Shown: positions 10,849 through 21,040 of the stretch, piece after piece
Numbering within the stretch: the stretch's first letter is position 1
Layout of the letters: the number at the start of each line of letters is the position of its first letter
The notes under the pieces: model-generated
Databases searched by the model: none
Told to the model about the DNA's origin: nothing
What the model saw: only the letters and a program-made list of their open reading frames with translations
Translations under genes and position numbers: made by a program
Assembly: GCA_965203805.1 (NCBI GenBank)
Contig: OZ241917.1
Span: 2,272,001-2,336,000, forward strand
From: Candidatus Latescibacterota bacterium
Lineage (GTDB): Bacteria; Latescibacterota; UBA2968; GCA-2709665
Direction: 5' to 3'
Length of the DNA stretch: 64,000 bases

Positions 10849-11045
10849 TGCCGTTTCCGCTGTTTCTTGTAGTCGAAATCCGGATCATAGTCGATCGTAT
10901 GAAGCAACTCCAGTATCTGGTATTGCCTCCGGCGCAGGACGTATTCTTTCAGGGCCTCGGTGACAACGGCCTTTTTCGTTCTGTGCCCCCCGATGCGACG
11001 GGCTTCCTCGATCAACGCATCATCAAGCGCGAGATTGGTCGCCAC
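10845..11045 (-). CDS. vapB: VapB-type antitoxin (DUF2191-like RHH)
   Basis: MATNLALDDALIEEARRIGGHRTKKAVVTEALKEY; GGAGG RBS; directly upstream of the PIN toxin. Confidence 0.9.
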   Translation of the reverse strand: MATNLALDDALIEEARRIGGHRTKKAVVTEALKEYVLRRRQYQILELLHTIDYDPDFDYKKQRKRQ

Positions 11046-11057
11046 TTTTCACCTCCA

Positions 11058-11095
11058 TCTTTACACATAAATTTACACAATAATATGTGTAAAGA
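11058..11095. promoter_or_regulatory. vapBC promoter/operator palindrome
   Basis: Perfect 12-bp inverted repeat TCTTTACACATA-N14-TATGTGTAAAGA with a third TTTACACA half-site between. Overlaps minus-strand TTGTCT-N17-TAAATT. Confidence 0.75.
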
Positions 11096-11171
11096 CAAGC
11101 GGGTTTCTGTCGACTGTGTCATCCGTTTCTGATTTTACGTCAGAAAGTCAATATCGAGGGAGGTGTAAGCC

Positions 11172-12209
11172 TTGCGACTTCTGCAATTTTCCGACCCATC
11201 CGCCTCGAGTCCGTCGCGTCTAGGCCTCGTTGAGGATGATATGGTGCTGGACCTCACGTCGTGCAAGCCGTACCCTGCCTCGGTCTACGACCTTTACTAT
11301 ACGCATGGAGGTGAAGCACGCGGGTTGGACAGGGCGGTCGCGGACATCGACACCGCGAACGCCCGTATCCGCAGCCTGGCGGAACTGATGAACAACGATC
11401 CGCACGCCGGACGGCCGCACCTGATCTCTCCGGTTACGCCGCCGCCAGGCCAACCCCACAGGTTGCGTGTCTGGCTGGCCGGCGTCACCCACGCCGACAG
11501 CGCCAGGCTGAGGGAGACCGAGGCGAAAGAGGCCACCGGCGGTGCCGTAAACGTATACGACCAGAAATACCGTGAATGCGCGGGCGGCGGTATTCCGGAA
11601 CTCTTCGCGAAGACGGGCGCGGACGCGCTGGTCGGACATCGCGGGCGCATCGCCCGGCCCGACGACACCCGGCGGCTCGTGCCGGAAACCGAACTGGTCA
11701 CCCTGTACGGGCTGGACTCCGGGGGACAGATCGAACGCCTGGGCTATACCGGCGGCAACGACTACACCGACAACGGGATTGAGGCCGAAAATCCGCTGAA
11801 TCTGCCCCAGGCCAAGAATTGGGCCGGCGGGTGCGCGAGTCTGGGGCCGGTTCTGGTCACGGATTCCGAATTCGACGACGCCGGCGTCGCAGTCTCGTGT
11901 GAAATCCTGAGAGAAGACGTCCGTATCGCCCGCAAGGCCGGCCATACCGGGCAGAGCCACCTCAATATGCCCGACCGCCTCTTCCACCTGGAGCGGTCTC
12001 TCTTCAGCCGTCTGCCCCTGCAGGAGAAGACACTGCAGTTGCTGTACTGGGGCACGCCCATCGTCTTTTCGGAAAGAGACCTGGCCAACGGCCTTCAGGT
12101 TGACGACGTCGTCCTGATGTTCTTCAGCGGTATCGGCTTCCTGCAGAACACGATTGCGCCGTTTCCCGACAGCCGCCAACTGGAGCGGCTGGAAGCCGGC
12201 CGGGGCTGA
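11172..12209 (+). CDS. Fumarylacetoacetate-hydrolase family protein (2-keto-3-deoxy-pentonate dehydratase-like)
   Basis: PELFAK, VPETEL, GNDYT..IEAENPLNLPQAK, ASLGP motifs; GGAGG RBS with TTG start. Confidence 0.75.
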   Translation: MRLLQFSDPSASSPSRLGLVEDDMVLDLTSCKPYPASVYDLYYTHGGEARGLDRAVADIDTANARIRSLAELMNNDPHAGRPHLISPVTPPPGQPHRLRVWLAGVTHADSARLRETEAKEATGGAVNVYDQKYRECAGGGIPELFAKTGADALVGHRGRIARPDDTRRLVPETELVTLYGLDSGGQIERLGYTGGNDYTDNGIEAENPLNLPQAKNWAGGCASLGPVLVTDSEFDDAGVAVSCEILREDVRIARKAGHTGQSHLNMPDRLFHLERSLFSRLPLQEKTLQLLYWGTPIVFSERDLANGLQVDDVVLMFFSGIGFLQNTIAPFPDSRQLERLEAGRG

Positions 12210-12228
12210 CGCTGGCGGCCAATTCGCG

Positions 12229-12540
12229 CTACAGTACCCGGTCGTGACCCCACGGATCCTGTTTGACAATCTCGAATTCCTTGACCGGACTTCGTCCGCG
12301 CGGCGGGTCGTGCAGCGTTGACGGATTGTAGGAGGCCCCGGCCAGCTTCAGCAGCGATTCCAGTTGAGGTTGACCCAGAGTGAGTCCTTCAAGGAACATC
12401 TCGTCGCCGTTGATGTCCTTCACGGTTGTTCCGTCCGGCCCCACAAACACCCGGCGCAACGCCCGCAAGCCCGCACGGTGTTCGCGAAAATACGTCAGCG
12501 CGCGGGCGGGGTCTCCGCCGTCGTACCTGAGGTCGGGCAT
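12229..12540 (-). CDS. Hypothetical protein (103 aa)
   Basis: GGAGG RBS before MPDLRYDGGD; protein-like composition. Confidence 0.65.
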   Translation of the reverse strand: MPDLRYDGGDPARALTYFREHRAGLRALRRVFVGPDGTTVKDINGDEMFLEGLTLGQPQLESLLKLAGASYNPSTLHDPPRGRSPVKEFEIVKQDPWGHDRVL

Positions 12541-12707
12541 CGTTTGCCTCCGCGTTTCATTCGTGCTCATGATCCTGTAGGAGAGACCGCAGATAAGACT
12601 GAAATATGGAGGCCCCCCCGGAATCGGGCAAGCGGATTCAACGACCGCGATCGACAATTCGCCACCTGCCGCCGGCATTCACGTAAAGGAACGGGTCAAA
12701 ACAGCGC

Positions 12708-12736
12708 TTGCAGACCAGATTCGATTGCGTTATATT
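12708..12736 (+). promoter_or_regulatory. sigma70-type promoter for the PFOR genes
   Basis: TTGCAG-N17-TATATT. Confidence 0.55.
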
Positions 12737-12874
12737 TTGCCTGTTCTATTCCAGTCGATTTAGTTTTTCTAATTGAACATATAATCAAAAATGCAACGCG
12801 TCCGATCGTGAATCGGGCCGGCGGACGGCGTCAGGATCCAATGCGCCGTGCGCCCTTTGAAGAGGAGAACCGCT

Positions 12875-14896
12875 ATGGCGGAAAGCGCCAGAATACGAAT
12901 TGACGGGCGGCCGGGTGAAGTTCCGTTTCCGGGTATCCCGGACGTGGGCGACGGGGGCGATGCCGCCATCTGGGTGGAAAAACACATCAGCCAGGGCGCC
13001 TGCGCCTACCCCATCACATCGTCCTCCATTCTGGGCGAAAAATACAGCGCGGTGGTGGCCAATGGCGGAGTCAACCTGTGGGGCGACACCCTGATCTTCA
13101 TAGAGCCCGAGTCCGAGCACAGTTCGGCTTCGGCGGCCGAAGGCTTTTCCGTGGCTGGCGGACGCGTCACCAACTTCACGTCCGGCCAGGGTCTGGTCCT
13201 GATGAAAGAGGTGCTCTACACAATCTCTGGGAAACGCCTGCCCGCGGTCTTCCATATCGGCGCGCGCGCGCTCACTTCACAATCGCTCAACGTCCACGCC
13301 GGCCACGACGACATCATGGCCGTGGCCGACTGCGGCTGGGGCATCGTGTTTGCCCGGAACACCCAGGAAGTCATGGACACAACGCTCATCGCGCGGCGCG
13401 CGGCGGAAGCCTCCCAGACGCCGTTCATGGTTGTGCAGGACGGATTCCTCACAACCCATACGGTCCAGAATGTCATGGCCATCGAGCCCGAACTGATGAA
13501 GCTCTTCGTCGGGCGCCCGGAAGACAAGATTCAGAATCTCATGGACGTCGACAATCCGATGATGAGCGGCGTGGTACAGAACCAGGACAGCTACATGAAG
13601 GGCAAGATCGCCCAGCGGTACTTCTACGATCGCGTGCCCGACGACCTTCGGGAAGCCATGCATGAATTTTACAGGATGACCGGAAGGCGTTATGACATGA
13701 TCGACGGATACCGGCTCGAAGACGCCGAATACGTCATCGTGGGCATGGGCAGTATGCTCGAGACCGCCCTCACGGCCGTCGACTGGTTGCGGGATACAGA
13801 GGACCTGAAAGTCGGCGCCCTTCACGTCACGTCGTTCCGCCCGTTCCCGGGCCTGGAGATCGTGGAAGCCCTGAAGAACGCGAAGGCCATATCCGTTGTG
13901 GAACGCATGGACAACCCCCTCGCGCAGTCCAATCCGCTGACCGCCGAAATCAAGGCCGCATTCGCCGATGCCGCGGGGGGCATGAACGGATATCCGCGAA
14001 TCGAACGTATTCCCCGGATTCTGTCGGGAATGGCCGGCCTGGGAAGCCGCGACGTCCGGCCGGGCGATTTCATTTCCACGGTCCGAAACATGCAGGCGGC
14101 CGCACCCGGACAGAAGGAACTGTTCGTTCTCAATATCGAACACGATCTGGCACTCCAGAGGGAGGCCGATCCCGCCACCCGGGAAATCGGCGCCTTTGCG
14201 ATGCGCGGGCACTCGGTGGGCGGGTACGGGTCCGTGACCACCAATAAAGTCATTGCCACGCTGCTTGCGAACCTGGGGCTTCACGTGCAGGCCTATCCGA
14301 AATACGGATCCGAAAAGAAGGGTCTGCCCACCACCTACTATCTCACCGCGGCCAACGAACACATCCGGACCCACTCCGAACTGGAAGTGGTGGACTTCGT
14401 GCCGCTCAACGACGTCAACGCCTTCAATACCGCCAATCCCCTGGCCGGCGTTGTCGACGGCGGTATGGTCTTCATCCAGAGCCCCCACACCGAAGCCGAA
14501 AGGGTATGGGACAATATACCGGGATGGGCCAAGAAGACGTTCCGCACCAAACAGATCAAACCCCTAGCCCTCGACGCCGTCAAAATCGCCCTGGAAGAAG
14601 CGCCCTCGCCGGACCTGATGCAGCGTTTCCAGGGCATTGTGCTTCTAGGTATCTTCCTGAAACACACGCCCTTTCAGCAAGACCTGGACCTCACGGAAGA
14701 CGAGCTGTTCGTCAACGTCGAAAACGCGGTCAACAAATACTGGGGCAACAAGGGCAAGGGGGTCGTGGACGCCAATATGAGCGCAATCAGGAGAGGGTAC
14801 CAGGAAGTGTTTGAAGTCCCGAGGGAACTGATCGAAAGCACCATCGACCAGGAAACGGACGAACTTCCGGCGGGCCTGGTCTCAATCGGATGTTGA
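12875..14896 (+). CDS. Pyruvate:ferredoxin/flavodoxin oxidoreductase, alpha+gamma domains
   Basis: YPIT, ESEHS, FTSGQGL, HIGAR, DGFLTTH, FRPFP, GLGSRD, SVGGYG, YGSEKKG motifs. Confidence 0.93.
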   Translation: MAESARIRIDGRPGEVPFPGIPDVGDGGDAAIWVEKHISQGACAYPITSSSILGEKYSAVVANGGVNLWGDTLIFIEPESEHSSASAAEGFSVAGGRVTNFTSGQGLVLMKEVLYTISGKRLPAVFHIGARALTSQSLNVHAGHDDIMAVADCGWGIVFARNTQEVMDTTLIARRAAEASQTPFMVVQDGFLTTHTVQNVMAIEPELMKLFVGRPEDKIQNLMDVDNPMMSGVVQNQDSYMKGKIAQRYFYDRVPDDLREAMHEFYRMTGRRYDMIDGYRLEDAEYVIVGMGSMLETALTAVDWLRDTEDLKVGALHVTSFRPFPGLEIVEALKNAKAISVVERMDNPLAQSNPLTAEIKAAFADAAGGMNGYPRIERIPRILSGMAGLGSRDVRPGDFISTVRNMQAAAPGQKELFVLNIEHDLALQREADPATREIGAFAMRGHSVGGYGSVTTNKVIATLLANLGLHVQAYPKYGSEKKGLPTTYYLTAANEHIRTHSELEVVDFVPLNDVNAFNTANPLAGVVDGGMVFIQSPHTEAERVWDNIPGWAKKTFRTKQIKPLALDAVKIALEEAPSPDLMQRFQGIVLLGIFLKHTPFQQDLDLTEDELFVNVENAVNKYWGNKGKGVVDANMSAIRRGYQEVFEVPRELIESTIDQETDELPAGLVSIGC

Positions 14897-15028
14897 CCCG
14901 CGGTTCCGATTTCACCAACAGCGCAGTGCCTTCCGATATCGCGTTTCAGGTGCGCATTGTCGTCACGTTCCAAACCCGCAACGATCAAGCCCAATCCGAA
15001 CGTTCAAGCCGAATGGGAGTAAAAAACC

Positions 15029-16672
15029 ATGTCGACCAACGGCAAAAACGAACCCGCCACCATGCTCAGCGTCAGCTCCCTGGAGGATATGGACGAAGAA
15101 CCGGTATCCTCTTCGCCTCTCAACCTGCATACCCTGCTGGATATCGAAGACTTCAACGGGAGGGTCGTGGCGGGGTACAATACAGGCATTGCCGAACAGG
15201 GCCTGCCCGCAGACGTAGGCGTAGCCCGCAGCCTGGTGGGTCCGGGTACCGGCGCCCTTCGCGACTTCAGCTACATCGCCCCCGAGATCCCGGAGTTCAT
15301 CCAGGAAAACTGCGTCGGCTGCATGGACTGCGTTACGGAATGCCCGGATACGGCCATACTCGGCAAAATCACCACCCGTGAGGAACTGGATGCCGCACTG
15401 GCCAAGACCACCGATCCGGAAACGAGAGAATTCCTTCGCAACCAGTTTTCCGAGACCTCGAAGTACTACAAGAACTTCGAGAAAAAAGGAAAAGACGGCG
15501 CTTATTTCGGCATCTTCATAGACCCCACCAAGTGCAAGGGCTGCGCCGAGTGCGTCGAGGTCTGTGCAGATAAAGACGCCCTGAAAATGGTCACCAAGAC
15601 GGAAGAAAACCTGGAGGAATTCCGCGCCGCCTGGGACTTCCACAACGAACTGCCTGAATCTCCGAGCGAATATATCCTCGAAAAATCCGTTCAGGACATG
15701 ATGCTGGCCGAACGATCTCTCCTCTACGTGGGCGGCGCCGGGTCCTGTATGGGCTGCGGAGAAGCCACGGCCCTTCGAATGATGCTGGCATCCACGGGTT
15801 ATCTTCACGGGCCCGAAAACATCGGCCTCGTCGCATCCACCGGCTGCAACACCGTCTACACCTCCACCTATCCATACAACCCCTACACGGTGCCCTGGAC
15901 CAACTCCCTCTTCGAAAACGGGCCCACCGATGCCATGGGCGTGCGTGCCCGCTGGAATCAGATGGGCTGGCAGGATAAGAAGATCTGGGTTATAGGCGGA
16001 GACGGGGCCATGCTCGATATCGGATTCCAGGCGCTCTCGCGGATGCTCATGTCAGGCATGAACATCAACGTTCTGGTCCTGGATACCCAGGTCTACTCCA
16101 ATACCGGCGGACAGGCCTCCACCTCGAGCTACATGGGTCAGAACACCAAAATGTCCGTCCACGGTTCCGCCGTTCCCGGAAAAACCGAACGCCGGAAGGA
16201 ACTCGGCCAGATCTGCATGATGCATCCGGACACCTTCGTGGCACAGACCATATGCAGCCTGCAGAACCACTTTTACCGCGCAATCGCCGCGGCCAATGAA
16301 TTCGACGGCCCGGCCGTAATCAATGTCTTCACCACGTGCCAGCCCGAACACGGTGTGGGAGACCACCTGGCCGGACATCAGGCCAAACTCGCAATGGAGT
16401 CGCGGGCATTCCCCATTTTCATCTATGATCCACGCAAGGGTGAACGCATCAAGGAACGGCTGGATCTCCGGGGAAACCCGGCCGTCAAGGAAGACTGGTA
16501 TACCATCCGCAAAACCGGTGAAACCATCGACTTCGTCACATTCGCCCGGACCGAGGGGCGTTTCGCCAAGCACTTCGACAGAGACGGAAACCCTTCGGAA
16601 ACCCTGTTGGCCGCCCAGGAAGACCGCCGGCAGAACTGGCGCATGCTCCAGGAGATGGCCGGCATCATCTGA
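15029..16672 (+). CDS. Pyruvate:ferredoxin oxidoreductase, ferredoxin (delta) + TPP-binding (beta) domains
   Basis: CVGCMDC..CP and CKGCAEC..C 4Fe-4S motifs, GSCMGCGE, TGC, GGDGAMLDIG, YSNTGGQ, CQPEHG. Confidence 0.93.
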   Translation: MSTNGKNEPATMLSVSSLEDMDEEPVSSSPLNLHTLLDIEDFNGRVVAGYNTGIAEQGLPADVGVARSLVGPGTGALRDFSYIAPEIPEFIQENCVGCMDCVTECPDTAILGKITTREELDAALAKTTDPETREFLRNQFSETSKYYKNFEKKGKDGAYFGIFIDPTKCKGCAECVEVCADKDALKMVTKTEENLEEFRAAWDFHNELPESPSEYILEKSVQDMMLAERSLLYVGGAGSCMGCGEATALRMMLASTGYLHGPENIGLVASTGCNTVYTSTYPYNPYTVPWTNSLFENGPTDAMGVRARWNQMGWQDKKIWVIGGDGAMLDIGFQALSRMLMSGMNINVLVLDTQVYSNTGGQASTSSYMGQNTKMSVHGSAVPGKTERRKELGQICMMHPDTFVAQTICSLQNHFYRAIAAANEFDGPAVINVFTTCQPEHGVGDHLAGHQAKLAMESRAFPIFIYDPRKGERIKERLDLRGNPAVKEDWYTIRKTGETIDFVTFARTEGRFAKHFDRDGNPSETLLAAQEDRRQNWRMLQEMAGII

Positions 16673-16707
16673 AAAACGCAGCAGACATCGCCATGGACCG
16701 TCACACG

Positions 16708-16743
16708 AAAAGCCTCAGGAGGAGCGCCTCCCGGGGCTTTTTT
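16708..16743 (+). terminator. Rho-independent terminator after PFOR
   Basis: AAAAGCCTCAGGAGG-agcg-CCTCCCGGGGCTTTTTT hairpin with T-tract. Confidence 0.8.
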
Positions 16744-16795
16744 CATTATTGGTCCCGCTCAGACCGCGCGAAACAGTCCGTTGAGGGCAACAAAT

Positions 16796-16824
16796 TTGAC
16801 TTTTCGGACGTCTACCGGTAAATT
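16796..16824 (+). promoter_or_regulatory. sigma70-type promoter for aceE-aceF-lpdA
   Basis: TTGACT-N17-TAAATT just after the PFOR terminator. Confidence 0.55.
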
Positions 16825-16936
16825 CAGGAGCCGATCCTGATGGAGGCCAGTCGTCACTGTGCGCCTCTAACCGCCGCTTTTCGCTCGTGCTCGGGAACTC
16901 ATCAGAAATTTGAAACAGCTTCCAGCGAGGCCGTTA

Positions 16937-19642
16937 ATGTCAGACAAAGTCGTCCGAATCCCCTCCCGAGACGTCGACCCCGCCGAAACCCGGGACTGGA
17001 TCGAATCCCTCGACTACGCCCTGGAAAACTACGGTCCCGACAGGGTGCGCTTCCTTTTCAAGAAAATCGAAGAGTGGGCGCACCGCGCCGACGTGGTCAT
17101 CCCCTTCAGCGCAAATACGCCCTACATCAACACCATTCCGGTGGATCAGCAGCACCCGTATCCCGGAAACCGGGAAATCGAACGCCGCATCAAGAGTATC
17201 ATTCGCTGGAACGCCATGGCAATGGTGGTCCGCGCCAACCGCGAATACGACGGCATTGGCGGCCACATATCCACCTACGCATCCGCGGCCACACTGCTCG
17301 AGGTGGGGTTCGACCACTTCTTTCACGGACGCGGAAACGGCTTCGTTGGCGACCAGGTTTATTTCCAGGGGCATGCCGCGCCGGGCGTCTACGCACGGGC
17401 CTTCCTCGAAGGACGGATCGACGAGCACGCCCTTGAGAATTTCCGCAGGGACCTCCGGCGCCCCGGGGGTCTGTCCTCCTACCCGCATCCCTGGCTGATG
17501 CCGGACTTCTGGGAATACCCCACGGTGTCCATGGGCCTGGCGCCCATAATGGGCATCTATCACGCGCGGTTCAACCGATACCTGGAAGACCGGGGCCTCA
17601 AAGATACTTCCGGTTCCCACGTGTGGGTCTTTATGGGCGACGGTGAGACCGACGAGCCTGAGTCTCTCGGCGCAATCACCCTGGCCTCCAGGGAAAAGCT
17701 TGACAACCTCATCTTCGTGATCAATTGCAACCTGCAGCGGCTGGACGGCCCCGTACGCGGCAACGGCAAGGTCATTCAGGAATTGGAAGCCGCGTTCCGC
17801 GGGGCCGGCTGGAACGTCATCAAAGTGATCTGGGGCGACGACTGGGACCCGTTGCTTGCCAGGGACGATGACGGCATTCTCGCCCAGCGCATGAACGAAG
17901 TAGTGGACGGCCAATACCAGAAGTATACGGTAGAATCGGGCGACTACATCCGTCGGGATTTCTTCGGCACACACCCGAAGCTGCTGGGCATGGTGGACCA
18001 CCTTTCCGACGAACAGCTTCAGAGAATGCGCCGGGGCGGGCACGACCCGGAAAAGGTCTACGCCGCCTACAGGTCGGCCGTGGAGCACAAGGGTTCGCCC
18101 ACCGTCATCCTGGCGAAGACAATCAAGGGCTACGGCGTCGGCGAGTCCGGTGAAGGCCGGAACGTCTCTCACCAGCAGAAGAAACTGAACGAAGACGAAC
18201 TGCGGGAATTCCGGTCTCGCTTCGGGATTCCGATTTCGGACGACGAGGTCGCCGCCGCGCCATTTTACAGGCCTCCCGAAAACAGTCCGGAAATCGAATA
18301 TACGAAGCAACGCCGGGAGGAACTGGGCGGTTATCTCCCGAGCCGGCAGGTCGATACGGAGCCTCTCGCCGTTCCCTCGCTGGGCCTGTTCGACGAATTC
18401 CTGAAGGGAACGCAGGGCCGCCAGGCCTCCACGACGATGGCCTTCGTCCGGATGTTCTCAAAGCTCCTGCGCGATCAGGACATCGGCAAACTCATCGTGC
18501 CCATTATCCCGGACGAAGCCCGCACGTTCGGCATGGAGCCGCTCTTTCGACAATGCGGAATCTACTCCCGCGTGGGACAGCTTTACGAGCCCGTAGACGC
18601 CGACAGGCTTCTGTATTACCGGGAAGTCCGGGAGGGTCAGATCCTGGAAGAAGGCATCAACGAAGCCGGTTCCATGTGCTCCTTCATTGCCGCGGGCACC
18701 GCCTATGCCACCTGCGGCGTGAACACCATCCCGTTCTTCATCTACTATTCCATGTTCGGGTTTCAGCGCATCGGCGACCTGATCTGGGCTGCCGCGGATA
18801 TGCGGTGCAAGGGTTTCCTGCTGGGGGGCACGGCCGGCCGTACCACGCTGAACGGCGAAGGCCTGCAACACCAGGACGGACACAGCCACGTGCTGGCCAG
18901 CACCGTACCCAACCTGCTCACCTACGATCCGGCATTCGCTTACGAAATCGCGGTCATCGTTCATGACGGGATACGGCGAATGTACGGCGAGCAGGAAGAC
19001 ATTTTCTATTACCTGACGCTCGGAAACGAACCGTACGATATGCCGGCCATGCCCCGGGGCGCCGAGGAAGGCATCATCAAAGGCATCTACAGACTCGAGC
19101 CGGACGCCCTGGAAGACGCAACGCATCACGTTCAGCTCTTCGGCAGCGGCGCCATCCTGAGGGAAGCGCTTCGCGCCCGGGAAATCCTGGCGGAAAAATA
19201 CGGTATCTCCGCGCAGGTCTGGAGCGTCACCAGCTACAAGGAGCTTCGTAAAGACGCCCTTGAGACCGAACGCTGGAACCGGCTGCACCCTTCCGAGCCC
19301 GCACGCAAACCCTACATCGCCAGCGTACTCGAAAACACACGGGGCCCGGTCGTGGCCGCGTCCGACTATATGAAAATCCTGCCCGACATGATCCGTCCCT
19401 GGGTGCCACAGGACCTGATCGCCCTGGGTACCGACGGCTTCGGAAGAAGCGATACCCGCGAGGCCCTTCGCCGGCATTTTGAAGTCGATGCAGAATCCAT
19501 CGTCGTTGCCGCGCTCCACGCCCTCTCGATAAGGGGCGGGATCGGACGAGACCGGGTTGCCGGCGCGATCGAGGATCTCGGCGTCGACCCCGAAAAAGCC
19601 AATCCGGTCGCGGCCGGTCCGACGTTGAGTTACGGAAATTAG
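16937..19642 (+). CDS. aceE: Pyruvate dehydrogenase E1, homodimeric type
   Basis: TPYINTIP, GGHISTYAS, LSSYPHPWLMP, GDGETDEPES, NCNLQRLDGPV, LNGEGLQH. Confidence 0.97.
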   Translation: MSDKVVRIPSRDVDPAETRDWIESLDYALENYGPDRVRFLFKKIEEWAHRADVVIPFSANTPYINTIPVDQQHPYPGNREIERRIKSIIRWNAMAMVVRANREYDGIGGHISTYASAATLLEVGFDHFFHGRGNGFVGDQVYFQGHAAPGVYARAFLEGRIDEHALENFRRDLRRPGGLSSYPHPWLMPDFWEYPTVSMGLAPIMGIYHARFNRYLEDRGLKDTSGSHVWVFMGDGETDEPESLGAITLASREKLDNLIFVINCNLQRLDGPVRGNGKVIQELEAAFRGAGWNVIKVIWGDDWDPLLARDDDGILAQRMNEVVDGQYQKYTVESGDYIRRDFFGTHPKLLGMVDHLSDEQLQRMRRGGHDPEKVYAAYRSAVEHKGSPTVILAKTIKGYGVGESGEGRNVSHQQKKLNEDELREFRSRFGIPISDDEVAAAPFYRPPENSPEIEYTKQRREELGGYLPSRQVDTEPLAVPSLGLFDEFLKGTQGRQASTTMAFVRMFSKLLRDQDIGKLIVPIIPDEARTFGMEPLFRQCGIYSRVGQLYEPVDADRLLYYREVREGQILEEGINEAGSMCSFIAAGTAYATCGVNTIPFFIYYSMFGFQRIGDLIWAAADMRCKGFLLGGTAGRTTLNGEGLQHQDGHSHVLASTVPNLLTYDPAFAYEIAVIVHDGIRRMYGEQEDIFYYLTLGNEPYDMPAMPRGAEEGIIKGIYRLEPDALEDATHHVQLFGSGAILREALRAREILAEKYGISAQVWSVTSYKELRKDALETERWNRLHPSEPARKPYIASVLENTRGPVVAASDYMKILPDMIRPWVPQDLIALGTDGFGRSDTREALRRHFEVDAESIVVAALHALSIRGGIGRDRVAGAIEDLGVDPEKANPVAAGPTLSYGN

Positions 19643-19684
19643 TGTCACGCCGGCTGCGTCTGTGGCGCCTGAAAAGGAGGAACC

Positions 19685-20977
19685 GTGGCTGAGGAATTCA
19701 GACTTCCGGACCTGGGCGAAGGCATCGACCAGGGCGACGTGGTGCGTGTCCTCGTCTCGCAAGGAGATGCGATCGCGGTGGATCAGCCCGTGATCGAACT
19801 TGAGACCGACAAGGCGCTGGTTGAAGTCCCGTCTTCAGTCGCCGGAACGGTTGCTTCGGTCAACGTCGGGAACGGCGACAGCATCTCGCCCGGAACCGTG
19901 CTCATTACCGTGGAAGCGGCGCAGGCGGCGACAGCTGGCGAATCAGCCCGGGAATCCCGCGCCGTGGACCGGCAAGCCCAGCCGTCACCCTCGGATAGGC
20001 GGGAGGTCGTACAGCAACCGCCAGGCCCGGCGAACGCGGACACGGTCGAAGAATCGAGCGGAGCAACGGCAACCGCGCAGGTCACCGTTCCGGCCGCGCC
20101 ATCCGTACGACGATTCGCGCGCGAACTCGGCGTCGATCTGCGGCGGGTTCCCGGCAGCGGCGCCGGGGGGCGGATTACCCGCGACGACGTAAAGAACTAC
20201 GTGCAGACTTCGCTGAACGAAGCGGCGACGGCCGGGCCCGTCGTCGCGCCCGACCTGCCTGACTTCACCCGATGGGGCCATGTCGAGCGCCAGTCCCTGC
20301 CAGGGGTGCGCAGAGCCATTGCGCAGAACGTCGGCACAGCCTGGGCGCAGGTCCCGCACGTCACGCAGTTCGACCGGGCCGACGTGACGGACCTGGAGGC
20401 GCTCCGGCAGCGGCACAAGGCCGGCACGGAAGCCCGCGGCGGAAAGCTCACGCTCACTGCATTCGTGCTTAAAGCCGTCGTCAACGCGCTGAGAGCCTTT
20501 CCGCAGTTCAATGCCAGTCTGGACATGGCCGCGGGTCAGCTCATCCTCAAGCACTACTACCACATCGGCGTGGCCGTCGATACCGAGAGGGGCCTGCTCG
20601 TGCCGGTGATGCGCGACGTCGACAGGAAGGACATATTCGAACTCGCCATTCAACTGGACGACCTCGCAAGCCGTACGCGGGAGGGCAGGGCCGACCTCGA
20701 AGAACTCCAGGGCGGGACATTTACCGTCACCAACCTGGGCAGCATTGGCGGCACTGCCTTCACGCCCATCGTCAACTTTCCGGAAGTCGCCATACTCGGC
20801 ATGGGGCGGTCCCGACCAGAACCCGTCGTGAACGACGGGCGCATCGAATCCCGCCTCATCATGCCAATATGCCTTTCCTACGACCACCGCGTGGTCGATG
20901 GCGCCGACGGCGCGCGACTCACCAGACATCTGGTTACGTCTCTCGAAGACCCGGAACGCATGCTCCTCGGCGGATAA
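19685..20977 (+). CDS. aceF: Dihydrolipoamide acetyltransferase E2 (single lipoyl domain)
   Basis: ETDKA lipoyl-Lys, PSVRRFARELGVDL E3-binding domain, YDHRVVDGA catalytic motif. Confidence 0.95.
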   Translation: MAEEFRLPDLGEGIDQGDVVRVLVSQGDAIAVDQPVIELETDKALVEVPSSVAGTVASVNVGNGDSISPGTVLITVEAAQAATAGESARESRAVDRQAQPSPSDRREVVQQPPGPANADTVEESSGATATAQVTVPAAPSVRRFARELGVDLRRVPGSGAGGRITRDDVKNYVQTSLNEAATAGPVVAPDLPDFTRWGHVERQSLPGVRRAIAQNVGTAWAQVPHVTQFDRADVTDLEALRQRHKAGTEARGGKLTLTAFVLKAVVNALRAFPQFNASLDMAAGQLILKHYYHIGVAVDTERGLLVPVMRDVDRKDIFELAIQLDDLASRTREGRADLEELQGGTFTVTNLGSIGGTAFTPIVNFPEVAILGMGRSRPEPVVNDGRIESRLIMPICLSYDHRVVDGADGARLTRHLVTSLEDPERMLLGG

Positions 20978-21040
20978 CCGGCATTTCAAGACCCGACGGC
21001 CCCAAGCTGGGCCCGCCTTGAACACTCGACCGGAGCGACC

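Noticed and set aside
12773-12788. TTGAACATATAATCAA as an FNR box before PFOR
   Set aside because: Spacing is two bases longer than TTGAT-N4-ATCAA; it may be another regulator's site but this is unsupported.
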